The notes: generated by a model not told the origin, from the letters alone. A stretch of 64,000 bases of DNA from Candidatus Altimarinota bacterium (GCA_965231215.1 OZ246423.1:640001-704000); one strand, 5' to 3'. Positions 10,056 to 19,521 are shown, numbered from the stretch's first letter. Translations and numbers: made by a program.

Positions 10056-11072
10056 TTAGAGGGAAATTCGAGGGTGCGCTTCAACAAACTGTATTTGAGC
10101 TATATCAGGATTTTTTTCATATAAAAAATAGGCGGCACTCCCAATCATAACCGCATTATCAGTAGAATATTCGAGCCTATCTGGTGTTAAAAACATCTTG
10201 CCATGCTGTTGCAAAAACTCCAAAAGAACCGATTTTATGTGGCTATTGGCTGAAACTCCGCCTACAAAATAAAGGCCTTTCGTTTCAGGAAACTTTTCAA
10301 ACATTAGCTTCACTTTTTTTTCAAAAATACGACCTACCGTCCACTGGAAGCTGGCACAAAGATCACAAACAAAGGTTGCTTCTAGGCTCTCCTGACTGTC
10401 TACCAACCTGCGTACTGCGGCCTTTACCCCAGAAAAAGAAAAATCTAAAGAGTCTTTTCCCAGGTTTGGAATAGGGAGCTTATATTTTTGGGGGTCTCCA
10501 AATTCAGCTTTTTGAGAAACTATTGGCCCTCCCGGATAGCCAAGTCCACACATCTTAGCTACTTTATCAAAAGCTTCTCCAGCGGCATCATCTAAGGTGC
10601 CTCCGATTTTTTGCCATACTGTTGCATTTTCCCAAAGATAGACCGCTGTGTGACCTCCAGACACAGTCAACACCAAGGCTGGAAATTCAATATCTGAAAT
10701 CTCACGATTGATAAATACACTACACAAGTGTCCATAAATATGGTGCACAGGAATAAGGGGCTTCTGGTACAGAGCCGATAAAAAACTAGCCGCGGTAGTT
10801 CCAGTAAGCAGAGAAGTCTGCAGTCCCGGCCCTTGGGTGCAGGCAATAGCATCAATATCTTTAATACTGAGGCCCGCCTCGTCTAAACAGCCTTCTAAAG
10901 CGGGCCTCCAGTTTTCTGCATGCAGTCGCGCTGCAATTTCTGGTACCACTCCGCCCCAGTCGCTATGAGCAGTCTGAGAAACGCGTTTTTGTCCCAAAAC
11001 CTGAGTTCCATTTTCCACAATAGCCACCGCCGTATCATCACACGAAGTCTCAAACGCTAAGATTTTCATCAA
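10056..11072 (-). CDS. tsaD: t6A tRNA threonylcarbamoyltransferase
   Basis: ETSCDDT, GGVVPEIAARLH, VSGGHT, DDAAGEAFDK, TDNAVMIG. Confidence 0.97.
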   Translation of the reverse strand: MMKILAFETSCDDTAVAIVENGTQVLGQKRVSQTAHSDWGGVVPEIAARLHAENWRPALEGCLDEAGLSIKDIDAIACTQGPGLQTSLLTGTTAASFLSALYQKPLIPVHHIYGHLCSVFINREISDIEFPALVLTVSGGHTAVYLWENATVWQKIGGTLDDAAGEAFDKVAKMCGLGYPGGPIVSQKAEFGDPQKYKLPIPNLGKDSLDFSFSGVKAAVRRLVDSQESLEATFVCDLCASFQWTVGRIFEKKVKLMFEKFPETKGLYFVGGVSANSHIKSVLLEFLQQHGKMFLTPDRLEYSTDNAVMIGSAAYFLYEKNPDIAQIQFVEAHPRISL

Positions 11073-11129
11073 AATACCTATACTTATGAATTCTCGGCTT
11101 GTCCAGGATCTGATAAAATCAGAACGATA

Positions 11130-11681
11130 ATGAAATTAAACCTTGAAGAATCAAACCCCACCAAAAGCTTTACTCCTGGTCTGAAGATTCTGGTAAATGA
11201 CTTGATGCAAAAGGGGTATCAATATGGGTTATCTGAACCTATAGGAAAAAATTTTGCTCCCGAATTTAAACCCGAGCTTACGCCCGCAGAGATGTTAGAA
11301 TATGGTATTTTTGAGGGTAAATATTTAAACGATTGCTCAAAAGAATTTCCTAGAGAGTGGTATGAAAATGCGCAAATTTCCGAGATACCAGATATCGAAA
11401 AAAATTACTTCAAGATCAAATCCAGGCAACCGCGCTCTGTGTGGATTGAGAAAGGCTGGATAACCCCTGATGATCCAGACGTCAGGGGTTGGTTTCAGTG
11501 GTACTGTAGATATTATCTAGGCAGGCGGGAAGCCATCTTAGATTCAAGACAGATTAAGCGCTGGAAAGCTTTTGCCCGCCATCGTGGCCAGATTATTAAA
11601 AACTGTGAACCAGGCGATATTTACTGCCGCCCAAAACAAAGGCAGGCTTTACTTCAGTGGAGTTACGATCCTTTTATCTAA
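11130..11681 (+). CDS. Conserved hypothetical protein
   Basis: Clean 183-aa ORF with F.P.LTP.EML..G.F.G.Y, RGWFQWYCRYY.GRR, RQ..RW and RQALLQW motifs. Confidence 0.7.
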   Translation: MKLNLEESNPTKSFTPGLKILVNDLMQKGYQYGLSEPIGKNFAPEFKPELTPAEMLEYGIFEGKYLNDCSKEFPREWYENAQISEIPDIEKNYFKIKSRQPRSVWIEKGWITPDDPDVRGWFQWYCRYYLGRREAILDSRQIKRWKAFARHRGQIIKNCEPGDIYCRPKQRQALLQWSYDPFI

Positions 11682-11712
11682 AGTATCCGCCACAATATAG
11701 AAATTTAAAATT

Positions 11713-13620
11713 TTAAACCACTACTTCTACAACCGTCTCTTTCTTAAACTTCTGTAACAGAATTTTTTGAGCGAGCTGTTGGAGCGGTTTTTCCATAGCG
11801 CTTTCTGGGCGAGCGGGATCATAAGTTCGAATCCAGGCGTCTCTTAGTTCTTTTTCAAGCAACTGGAAAATTTCATGCTTAGCATTCATATACAAAAACC
11901 CTCGAGATCGAAATTCAATATCTTTGACCTTTCCTTTTTCTTGATTTATCCGGATAAAGATTATCCCATATTCAGCTATAGTTTGTCGATCTTCTAGCAC
12001 CTGATCATGTACGGTTTCCCCTAGTTGGACCAACAAGGGGCGCTGTAGCTGCGCTTCTTTATCGCTCATAAGCTTAACTCCCGCATTGCTGATCACTACT
12101 CCCTGTCCATTTTTCATGATGAAGGTGTTTTCTTTTTTATAGCCAAGATCTTTCATTATCAGATCTCTATGCCCATACCGCATAAATATTTCTCCATGAA
12201 TAGGGGCAAAATATTTGGGGTTTAAAAGCGCACACATAAGTTTGCATTCTTCCGCATTCCCATGCCCTGAAACATGCGTATTCATGTCTTGGTGATCAAT
12301 CACTTTACATCCAATTTCAGCCAAGTTATTTCGTACTGAAACAATCGCTAGTTCATTTCCTGGGATTGGAGAAGAAGCAAAGATAATAGTATCTTCTTTT
12401 TTTAATGCGACTTGCCGATGGGATCCCGAAGCCATCCGCGTAAGGGCTGCCAGAGATTCTCCTTGGGAGCCGGTGGAAAGAATCAGTACTTTTTTTGGGT
12501 CCATTTTGTCGGCTTTGGGGCTCATTCTCTGAAGCGTACTATCTTTACACTTTAGATAATTAAGTTTTCGGGCCACCGTGATATTTCGTTCCATAGACCG
12601 CCCAGAAAGAAAAACCGTTCTCCCTTGTTTTTCAGCCGCTTCTACCGCCTTAGCAACCCGTCCAATATTCGAGGCAAAGGTAGCCATAATAATCCGTCCC
12701 GAAGCGTCCTGAATAACCTTAGCAATGTCTTCAGCAATCACTCTTTCTGACACTGTGTGCCCATTCTTCATAGCATTGGTTGAATCAGAAAGCCCTAAAA
12801 CCACGCCTTTTTTCCCAATTTCAGCAATGCGGCCAAGATCGGCGGGTTGGTCATCAGCGGGATTTTGATCAAACTTAAAGTCCGAAGTGTGCACAATCGA
12901 TCCGTACGGAGTATTTACCACAATCCCGACACTGTCTGGAATAGAGTGGTTTACATGGAAAAATTCTACTTCAAACTTTCCCGCTCGAATCTTAGACTTG
13001 GGAGTAATCTCTTGGATTTTTAACTTTTTGGTATCTAAGTGTTCATCACAGGTAAGGGTGAGCAGTTCTTTGGTAAGTCGAGTCGCATAGATGTTTGGGA
13101 AACCTAATTTTTCTAAAACATAAGGCGCTCCGCCAATATGGTCTAAATGTCCATGGGTATAAAAGATGCCTTTAATCCGGTTTTTATTTTTCTCCAGGTA
13201 ACTGACATCTGGAACCAACGCATCTACCCCCATGTGTTCGGGAGACGGAAACACAAGCCCTGTATCAATGATAATTATGTCATTGTCCCATTCTAAAAAC
13301 ATCATATTCATTCCCACCTGTTCCATCCCCCCCATCGGCATTACGCGAATTTGATCTTTGGCCTTCGTTTTTATAAAGCTCGTTGGATGAAATTTATCAC
13401 GCTTTTCGTGTGTGGGTCTGTGGTAGGCAGGATCACTGCCCCCCGTTTGGCTCCCTCGCCCTTTTCTTTGGGGCGATTTGCTGCCTGGTTTTTTGAAAGG
13501 TTTTTTACTATTTTCTTTTTTTGTCTTGTCGTTTTTAGGTTTAGCCTTCTCAGTTTCGTTCTTTTTTTTCCCAAGAAATCCGCTTCCGCTTAACCATTTG
13601 TCTAAATTACTTTCACTCAT
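11713..13620 (-). CDS. rnj: Ribonuclease J with basic N-terminal extension
   Basis: THGHLDHIG, NHSIPD, SDFKFD, FASNI.R, TGSQGE, HVSGH, PIHGE. Confidence 0.95.
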   Translation of the reverse strand: MSESNLDKWLSGSGFLGKKKNETEKAKPKNDKTKKENSKKPFKKPGSKSPQRKGRGSQTGGSDPAYHRPTHEKRDKFHPTSFIKTKAKDQIRVMPMGGMEQVGMNMMFLEWDNDIIIIDTGLVFPSPEHMGVDALVPDVSYLEKNKNRIKGIFYTHGHLDHIGGAPYVLEKLGFPNIYATRLTKELLTLTCDEHLDTKKLKIQEITPKSKIRAGKFEVEFFHVNHSIPDSVGIVVNTPYGSIVHTSDFKFDQNPADDQPADLGRIAEIGKKGVVLGLSDSTNAMKNGHTVSERVIAEDIAKVIQDASGRIIMATFASNIGRVAKAVEAAEKQGRTVFLSGRSMERNITVARKLNYLKCKDSTLQRMSPKADKMDPKKVLILSTGSQGESLAALTRMASGSHRQVALKKEDTIIFASSPIPGNELAIVSVRNNLAEIGCKVIDHQDMNTHVSGHGNAEECKLMCALLNPKYFAPIHGEIFMRYGHRDLIMKDLGYKKENTFIMKNGQGVVISNAGVKLMSDKEAQLQRPLLVQLGETVHDQVLEDRQTIAEYGIIFIRINQEKGKVKDIEFRSRGFLYMNAKHEIFQLLEKELRDAWIRTYDPARPESAMEKPLQQLAQKILLQKFKKETVVEVVV

Positions 13621-13797
13621 ATAAAATTAAAATAAAAAATAAAGAAAGATTTATCCCTCTTTCCGCTTCACGTGCATAAAGATACATTTTGCCTGCTATA
13701 CAGGCGCACATTTATAGTGTGAAACGTGAAAGATCGGGTTTTTGTGGATTGCAGGGTGATGAGATACCCATCTACTCCGAAAACAATCCTATAAATC
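13621..13797 (-). promoter_or_regulatory. Structured 5' leader of rnj
   Basis: Two multi-stem domains (CGGATTTATAGGATTG/CAATCCACAAAAACCCG and TTCACGT/ACGTGAA) between promoter and ATG. Confidence 0.55.
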
Positions 13798-13803
13798 CGG
13801 CCA

Positions 13804-13832
13804 ATTGTAGTGTAAAAGTCCTAAAAAGTCAA
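13804..13832 (-). promoter_or_regulatory. Sigma70 promoter of rnj
   Basis: TTGACT-N17-TACAAT. Confidence 0.75.
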
Positions 13833-13878
13833 CCATCCCCTAGTGCCAAAATAAAATTTTGAGTTTTAATAAAAATAC

Positions 13879-13978
13879 TAGAAAACCAGAAGTTCAAGAA
13901 AAACTCAGCCGGTAAGTGTACAAAAATTTGTACACGTCCGAAGCGTTTTTTAATTTGACGAAGTTTCTGATTTTCCTA
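13879..13978 (+). repeat. RPE-like palindromic element, intergenic copy
   Basis: Ends TAGAAAACCAGAA / TTCTGATTTTCCTA, apical GTGTACAAA-AA-TTTGTACAC; homologous to 58731-58856. Confidence 0.7.
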
Positions 13979-14215
13979 ATCAAGTTTTCCTTCGGTTTCT
14001 AGGGCTTGCAGTTCGCTACATCCGCCAATAAACTCATCATCCAAGAAAATCATTGGCACTGTGCGATAGCCTCCTACAGATTCTGCTATCTGAGTTCGTA
14101 GTTCTGGATCATGGCTGATCTCAAAATCTTCAGTTTCAATGTTGTGCTCAGCCAATATGGCTAGAGATTTTTGGCAAAATGGACAGTTAGATTTGTGATA
14201 AATTCGAGCTTTCAT
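13976..14215 (-). CDS. Glutaredoxin (GrxC-like)
   Basis: CPFC, TVPMIF, IGGC. Confidence 0.9.
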   Translation of the reverse strand: MKARIYHKSNCPFCQKSLAILAEHNIETEDFEISHDPELRTQIAESVGGYRTVPMIFLDDEFIGGCSELQALETEGKLD

Positions 14216-14220
14216 AAAGT

Positions 14221-15216
14221 TTAAAGCTTAGTAGCTAGTTCAACAATTCGGTTTGAGTAGCCCCATTCATTGTCGTACCAAGAGAGAATTTTAATCAAAT
14301 CTCCCATTACATACGTAGAATCTGCATCAAAAATAGAGCTTCTTGGATCCTGTTTAAAGTCCATGGAAACCAGGGGTTTATCGCTGTAGCCAAGAATGTG
14401 TGGATTTTTTTCACTTGCCGCCTTTACGGCTGCATTTACTTCTGCTGCTGTAGCTGATTTTTTCGCTTTGATGGTGAGGTCTACTAAAGACACGGTTGGA
14501 GTGGGAACGCGAACCGCCATACCGGTTAGTTTGCCTTTAAGTTGTGGCAATACTAGCGCCACGGCTTTAGCCGCTCCCGTGGTTGTAGGCACCATATTTA
14601 GAGCTGCTGCACGTCCACGTCTAAGGTCTTTTCCTCCAAGGTCTAAAACGGGTTGGCTAGTGGTATAAGAATGAATAGTGGTCATTAACCCTGCTTCAAT
14701 TCCAAATTCATCATCCAGCACTTTAGCAATGGGAGCTAAACAGTTGGTTGTACAAGAGGCATTAGAGACCAGTGTTTCCTCACCGGTAATCTGATCACAA
14801 TTAGCTCCAATCACAAAAGTATCAAATCCGTCCCCCTTAGCTGGAGCCGAAATAACGACCTTTTTAGCGCCTTGATCAATGTGTTGTTGAGCGCCTTCTT
14901 TTTTCCGGAAAACTCCTGTACATTCTAGCACCACATCAATATCCAAATCGCCCCAAGGAAGTTCTGAAATTTCTCGGGTAGTGTATTTATGAACTTTTTT
15001 TCCATCAATAACAATATCATCATGATCCCTTAATTCAACCGTTCCTGGATATCTTCCAAAGTTTGAATCGTATTGGAAAAGTAACACACTGTGTTCTGTC
15101 GGAGAAGGATCGTTAATCGCTACAAGTTCTAGACTGTCTGCATAATCCTGCATAATAATGCGGGCGGCGGCTCTTCCGATTCGCCCAAAACCATTGATGG
15201 CTACTCGTTTTTTCAT
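14221..15216 (-). CDS. gap: Glyceraldehyde-3-phosphate dehydrogenase, type I
   Basis: AINGFGRIGR, SNASCTTNCLAP, WYDNEWGY; start set at MKKRVAING. Confidence 0.97.
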   Translation of the reverse strand: MKKRVAINGFGRIGRAAARIIMQDYADSLELVAINDPSPTEHSVLLFQYDSNFGRYPGTVELRDHDDIVIDGKKVHKYTTREISELPWGDLDIDVVLECTGVFRKKEGAQQHIDQGAKKVVISAPAKGDGFDTFVIGANCDQITGEETLVSNASCTTNCLAPIAKVLDDEFGIEAGLMTTIHSYTTSQPVLDLGGKDLRRGRAAALNMVPTTTGAAKAVALVLPQLKGKLTGMAVRVPTPTVSLVDLTIKAKKSATAAEVNAAVKAASEKNPHILGYSDKPLVSMDFKQDPRSSIFDADSTYVMGDLIKILSWYDNEWGYSNRIVELATKL

Positions 15217-15286
15217 TTTTATAAGGGGAGTAAAAAATATTGTCGAGAGAAGTATAGCGATACTCACCCAATGCATAAAATATTTT

Positions 15287-15315
15287 TTGACTTTATCGTA
15301 AAGCAAAACTAATAT
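15287..15315 (+). promoter_or_regulatory. Promoter of the thrS leader
   Basis: TTGACT-N17-TAATAT, 10 nt before the leader ATG. Confidence 0.6.
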
Positions 15316-15325
15316 CTGAATCGCT

Positions 15326-15367
15326 ATGCAAAATACGACCAACACAACCACAGCTAAAGCGGGTTAG
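15326..15367 (+). CDS. Thr-rich attenuator leader peptide MQNTTNTTTAKAG
   Basis: 13-codon uORF with 5 Thr codons (ACG ACC AAC ACA ACC ACA) directly upstream of thrS. Confidence 0.85.
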   Translation: MQNTTNTTTAKAG

Positions 15368-15428
15368 TCCCTGGAGGTTTTGCATGGTTTAAACTACAAT
15401 CTCCGGGAAACCCCTGGAGTTTTTTTTT
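15368..15428 (+). terminator. Attenuator: antiterminator plus intrinsic terminator
   Basis: Terminator CTCCGGG-AAACC-CCTGGAG followed by T9; competing TCCCTGGAGGTT/AATCTCCGGGA helix. Confidence 0.85.
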
Positions 15429-15439
15429 AAGAATAATAA

Positions 15440-17227
15440 ATGTCAGATTCAAATATCAATTTCGAAAACCGGCGCAAACACACCGCCAGCCACGTCCTTT
15501 CCTTTGCTGTAGGAATGCTTTATAAAGAGGTGAAGCGAGGAGTTGGCCCTTGGACCGAAGAAGGTTTTTATCAAGACTTTGACCTGGGCGATCAAGAAAT
15601 TTCAGATAAAGATTTCAAAGCCATCCAGAAAAAAATGCGCTGGATTGTTAATAAAGATTTTAAAGTAGTAAAAGAAGAGATGAGCGAAGAAAAAGCTCGA
15701 GAAATCTTTGCTCACGATGAATATAAGCAGGAACTCATCAGCGACATTGTTGACCGAGGAGAACCCCTTACCTTTCATAACTTTGCCGATGAAAACGGGC
15801 GGGTTGTGTACCAAGACCTTTGTGCGGGAGGCCATTTAGAATCTACTGGCCAGTTAGGGGTTTTCAAGCTCACAAAATTGGCTGGAGCTTATTGGCGAGG
15901 AGACGCCGATAAACCACAAATGACTCGAATTTATGGCGTTTGTTTTGAAGCCCAAGAACAGCTTGATGAGTATCTCCTTTTTCTTGAAGAAGCCAAAAAA
16001 CGAGACCACCGAAAACTTGGTAAAGAGTTGGGACTCTACACTATTGATCCTGAAGTTGGAATTGGGTTGCCTCTCTGGAAGCCAAAGGGGGCTTTTATTA
16101 TTTCTAAACTTAAATCTTGGTTTGAAGCAGAACAACTAAAACGTGGGTATATGCCCGTTTTTTCTCCCCATATCGGAAGAAAAAAACTCTGGGAAAAATC
16201 AGGACACTGGGGATTTTATAACGACTCAATGTACCCACCAGTAGAACTAGGACAAACCCTAGAAGACTACCAAGACAACAGAAAAGTAGATGAAAATGAA
16301 ACCTATCTTTTAAAGCCGATGAACTGCCCCTTTCACATTGCAATCTACAACGATGATATGCATTCATACCGAGATCTTCCAATGAGATTATATGAATTCG
16401 GAACAGTATACCGATATGAACAAAAAGGAGAGCTTGGAGGCCTCACCAGAGTTCGCGGATTTACCCAAGATGATGCTCATATTATCTGTACAAAAGAGCA
16501 AATTGAAGCCGAAATGGAAAGCATCTTGGATTTAGGAATTTTTGTACTACAAGAAACTTTTGGGTTTGATGTGGCTATCTCGGCCTCTTTCCGAGATCCA
16601 GAAAGCGATAAATATTTAGGTAATGATAAAGACTGGGAAATGGCCGAAAGTGCAATTCGAGATATTCTAAAAAAACGAAATATTTCCTACAAAGAAGAAT
16701 TAGGAGAGGCGGCCTTTTACGGTCCAAAAATGGATTTTAAAGTTCGTGACACCCTAGGAAGAGAGTGGCAGTTATCTACAATTCAATTTGATTTTAATCT
16801 TCCAGAGCGATTTGATATGAAATTTATTAACGCTCAGGGAGAAGAGGAGCAACCACTCGTAGTGCACCGTGCTATGTTGGGGTCTATAGAGCGGTTTATG
16901 GGAATACTTATTGAACATTACGCTGGAGCCTTCCCCGCTTGGATGGCGCCGATTCAGGCACACATTTTACCAGTAAATACGGCTCACGAAGATTATGCTT
17001 ATGAGTTGGCTGATAAACTAAAAAAATTAGGTGCACGAGTTGAGGTCTATGACACAAGTGAAAGCCTGAGCAAACGAATCCGAAACTGCCAAACAGACAA
17101 GGTGCCGTATGGAATCGTGGTAGGAGATAAAGAAGTCGAATCAGGACAACTTACCATCCGCCCATACGGAGAATCGAAAGATGAAGTCCTAAGTATTAAT
17201 GACTTTTTGGAAAAATTAAAACAATGA
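15440..17227 (+). CDS. thrS: Threonyl-tRNA synthetase lacking the N-terminal TGS domain
   Basis: HTASH, DLCAGGH, RDHRKLG, KPMNCP.H, GLTRVRGFTQDDAH, AFYGPK, HRA.LGS.ERF. Confidence 0.98.
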   Translation: MSDSNINFENRRKHTASHVLSFAVGMLYKEVKRGVGPWTEEGFYQDFDLGDQEISDKDFKAIQKKMRWIVNKDFKVVKEEMSEEKAREIFAHDEYKQELISDIVDRGEPLTFHNFADENGRVVYQDLCAGGHLESTGQLGVFKLTKLAGAYWRGDADKPQMTRIYGVCFEAQEQLDEYLLFLEEAKKRDHRKLGKELGLYTIDPEVGIGLPLWKPKGAFIISKLKSWFEAEQLKRGYMPVFSPHIGRKKLWEKSGHWGFYNDSMYPPVELGQTLEDYQDNRKVDENETYLLKPMNCPFHIAIYNDDMHSYRDLPMRLYEFGTVYRYEQKGELGGLTRVRGFTQDDAHIICTKEQIEAEMESILDLGIFVLQETFGFDVAISASFRDPESDKYLGNDKDWEMAESAIRDILKKRNISYKEELGEAAFYGPKMDFKVRDTLGREWQLSTIQFDFNLPERFDMKFINAQGEEEQPLVVHRAMLGSIERFMGILIEHYAGAFPAWMAPIQAHILPVNTAHEDYAYELADKLKKLGARVEVYDTSESLSKRIRNCQTDKVPYGIVVGDKEVESGQLTIRPYGESKDEVLSINDFLEKLKQ

Positions 17228-18135
17228 AATTCCCAATAAATGGCGGGTTAGGGTTTGCTATTCTCGCCATCCTTGGATTTTCGTTGTCGGTGATTTTCTT
17301 AAAAGCGGCTTATATTTTTTACCCTGAAATTAATTTTTATTCCACCGCTATTTGGGGTTGGGGAAGCGCTATGGTTGGAGCTACGTTTTTATATTACCTT
17401 CCTTTTTCTCGCGCGAGAAAAAAAGTAATTCCGGAACTAAAAACCCACTACAAACTACACATCATTATTACCCTGCTCGCTTTATTTAATGGTCTTTTTT
17501 GGTTTTATGGATTGTCTGTTATGAGTGGGGGAGTAGTTTCACTCATTGATCAAAATGTATTTATTTGGTCGTTTTTTTTGGGTATTTTATTTCTAAAAGA
17601 AGCTTTTTCTGCCAAAGAAATTCTAGCTGTTGGCCTCACGCTTCTCGGGTTATTTATTATTTCTACCCTAGAAGGAGAGGTGACCTTACTGGGAATTCTT
17701 CTGCTTTTAATGGCGGGGCTTTCTATCGCCCTACAAAGTTTAGTCATGAAAAAATATCCACAAAATTTTGATGCCCTAACCCTTACTTTTTGGAGGGGGT
17801 GGGGATTGTGGTTTGGCTCTTTTCTGATAGCCTTAGCCCTTAAAAAAGTTGAACTATCGATTCCATTAGGCGCTTTTGGACTCCTGTTTTTCAGTCAATT
17901 TTTTGGTTTATTTATCGGTCGGGGAGCCTATATAAAGGCTCATGAATTTTTACCTATTTCTCAGTTAAGTTTCATGATGCTGAGTATTCCCGTGGTCGTG
18001 TTCAGCGGTACTCACTTTTGGCTGGGAGAACCCATCACTGAAAAAAAACTGTTCGGTGGAGTTGTAATGATTTTAGGACTCGTTTGGTTTCTCTGGGAGC
18101 GGGAACGCCTTAAAACGGCAAATCTTCAGGGGTAG
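17224..18135 (+). CDS. EamA/DMT-family transporter
   Basis: 10 TM in two EamA halves (FLKE, WLGEP). Confidence 0.8.
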   Translation: MKFPINGGLGFAILAILGFSLSVIFLKAAYIFYPEINFYSTAIWGWGSAMVGATFLYYLPFSRARKKVIPELKTHYKLHIIITLLALFNGLFWFYGLSVMSGGVVSLIDQNVFIWSFFLGILFLKEAFSAKEILAVGLTLLGLFIISTLEGEVTLLGILLLLMAGLSIALQSLVMKKYPQNFDALTLTFWRGWGLWFGSFLIALALKKVELSIPLGAFGLLFFSQFFGLFIGRGAYIKAHEFLPISQLSFMMLSIPVVVFSGTHFWLGEPITEKKLFGGVVMILGLVWFLWERERLKTANLQG

Positions 18136-18397
18136 GGTCCGTTGCTGGAGTTGCTGAAGCAGGAGCCGCAGGCCCTTCGGCTCGAGATTCTGGTTTCCAC
18201 GTATCTACTTCTAGATAATGAGTCATCCCTCCAGCGGAAGGTTCTCGACGCTCTTTAACCACGATATTAATCCAACCGTTATTAAGGTTTTGCTGCATTT
18301 TTTCAACATCCTCAGCCGTTAAACTAAGCTTCATTAAATCTCCATATTGAGTCGTAATTTTCTTGGCATTTCCTACATAAATCTTTTCGTCTGACAT
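18110..18397 (-). CDS. Small beta-rich protein with SSB-like acidic tail
   Basis: Compact ~70-aa domain, Pro/Ala linker, ends PEDLPF. Confidence 0.65.
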   Translation of the reverse strand: MSDEKIYVGNAKKITTQYGDLMKLSLTAEDVEKMQQNLNNGWINIVVKERREPSAGGMTHYLEVDTWKPESRAEGPAAPASATPATDPTPEDLPF

Positions 18398-18454
18398 ATT
18401 TAAAAGGGTTAAAGTGTGAGGAAATTATAGAGAAATTAGTCTTCTGCAGGAACT

Positions 18455-18482
18455 AAAAAACCGACCTTTTGGGGGTCGGTTT
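18455..18482 (-). terminator. Intrinsic terminator after rpsG
   Basis: ACCGACC/GGTCGGT stem followed by U6 on the minus strand. Confidence 0.8.
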
Positions 18483-18505
18483 CTTCGTAAATTTTTAATG
18501 TCTTT

Positions 18506-19051
18506 TTAGTACCGGGCCAAGTGAGCAAAAGCTTTGTTGGCTTGAGCCATTCGGTGCGCTTCTTCTTTTTTACCGAAGGCAAATCCGGTTTCGTTTGAAC
18601 AATCAATAATCTCTGAAGCGAGTCTTTTATACATGGGTTGCCCTTTCTTTTTTCGAGCTCCTTCCAAAATCCATCGTACAGACAAACTCTGTTGTCTTTT
18701 GGTGGTTACTTCAATAGGGATTTGGTATACCGCCCCACCAATACGTTTGGCCTTACACTCCATGGTTGGGGTGGCGTTTCTGAGCCCTAGTTCAAAGGTC
18801 TTCAGAGGCTCATCGTTTCCTCTTCGGTGAATTTCTTCAAACATATCTTGTATGATTTTCTGAGCTACAGATTTTTTACCATTTTTCATCACACAGTTAA
18901 CAAACTTTGCCTGAAGTGGATCAGAAAAAGAAAAAGGGTTTTTATATTTAGTCGCCTTTTTAGCAGATCCTTTGCCCTCCTTTTTTCCTTCACTTTTTGG
19001 TGCTGATTCTTCAACAGGCGCTTCAGCGGGCGCTACATTTTCTTTTGCCAT
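18506..19051 (-). CDS. rpsG: 30S ribosomal protein S7 with N-terminal extension
   Basis: GKKSVA, RIGGAVYQIP, HRMAQANKAFAH. Confidence 0.97.
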   Translation of the reverse strand: MAKENVAPAEAPVEESAPKSEGKKEGKGSAKKATKYKNPFSFSDPLQAKFVNCVMKNGKKSVAQKIIQDMFEEIHRRGNDEPLKTFELGLRNATPTMECKAKRIGGAVYQIPIEVTTKRQQSLSVRWILEGARKKKGQPMYKRLASEIIDCSNETGFAFGKKEEAHRMAQANKAFAHLARY

Positions 19052-19075
19052 CGTTTTTATAAATTAATTAATGAT

Positions 19076-19492
19076 TTAACTAGCTTTTGGTCTTTTGGTT
19101 CCATATCTGGAACGCCCCTGTTTTCGATTTTCTACTCCCTGAGTATCGAGGGTTCCTCGTACTACATGGTATCGCACTCCCACGAGATCTTTTACTCTTC
19201 CTCCTCGGATCAGCACAACTGAATGCTCTTGAAGATTATGCCCCTCACCCATGATATAAGCATTTACTTCATATCCGTTGGTGAGTCTCACGCGCGCAAT
19301 TTTCCGGAGAGCCGAATTCGGCTTTTTGGGAGTTGTTGTGGTTACCTTCACACATACTCCTCGTTTTTGCGGAGAAGGAAGGGGCACACTACGGTTTCTC
19401 AGTGTATTTTGAGTACTTTGTAAGGCTGGTGATTTAGATTTAATCACTTTTTTCTTTCGAGATTTGCGAACCAGTTGGTTAATTGTTGGCAT
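19076..19492 (-). CDS. rpsL: 30S ribosomal protein S12
   Basis: [28 protein letters not shown]. Confidence 0.99.
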   Translation of the reverse strand: MPTINQLVRKSRKKKVIKSKSPALQSTQNTLRNRSVPLPSPQKRGVCVKVTTTTPKKPNSALRKIARVRLTNGYEVNAYIMGEGHNLQEHSVVLIRGGRVKDLVGVRYHVVRGTLDTQGVENRKQGRSRYGTKRPKAS

Positions 19493-19521
19493 AAAATTTA
19501 AATTATTGGCGCATAAATTGT

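Noticed and set aside
9938-10150. 70-aa ORF after folE
   Set aside because: Overlaps convergent tsaD; no supporting features
15217-15351. N-terminal extension of GAPDH
   Set aside because: Runs through the divergent promoter and thr leader; family start is MKKRVAING
15316-15439. T-box riboswitch before thrS
   Set aside because: Leader too short and no UGGNACC bulge; leader peptide explains it
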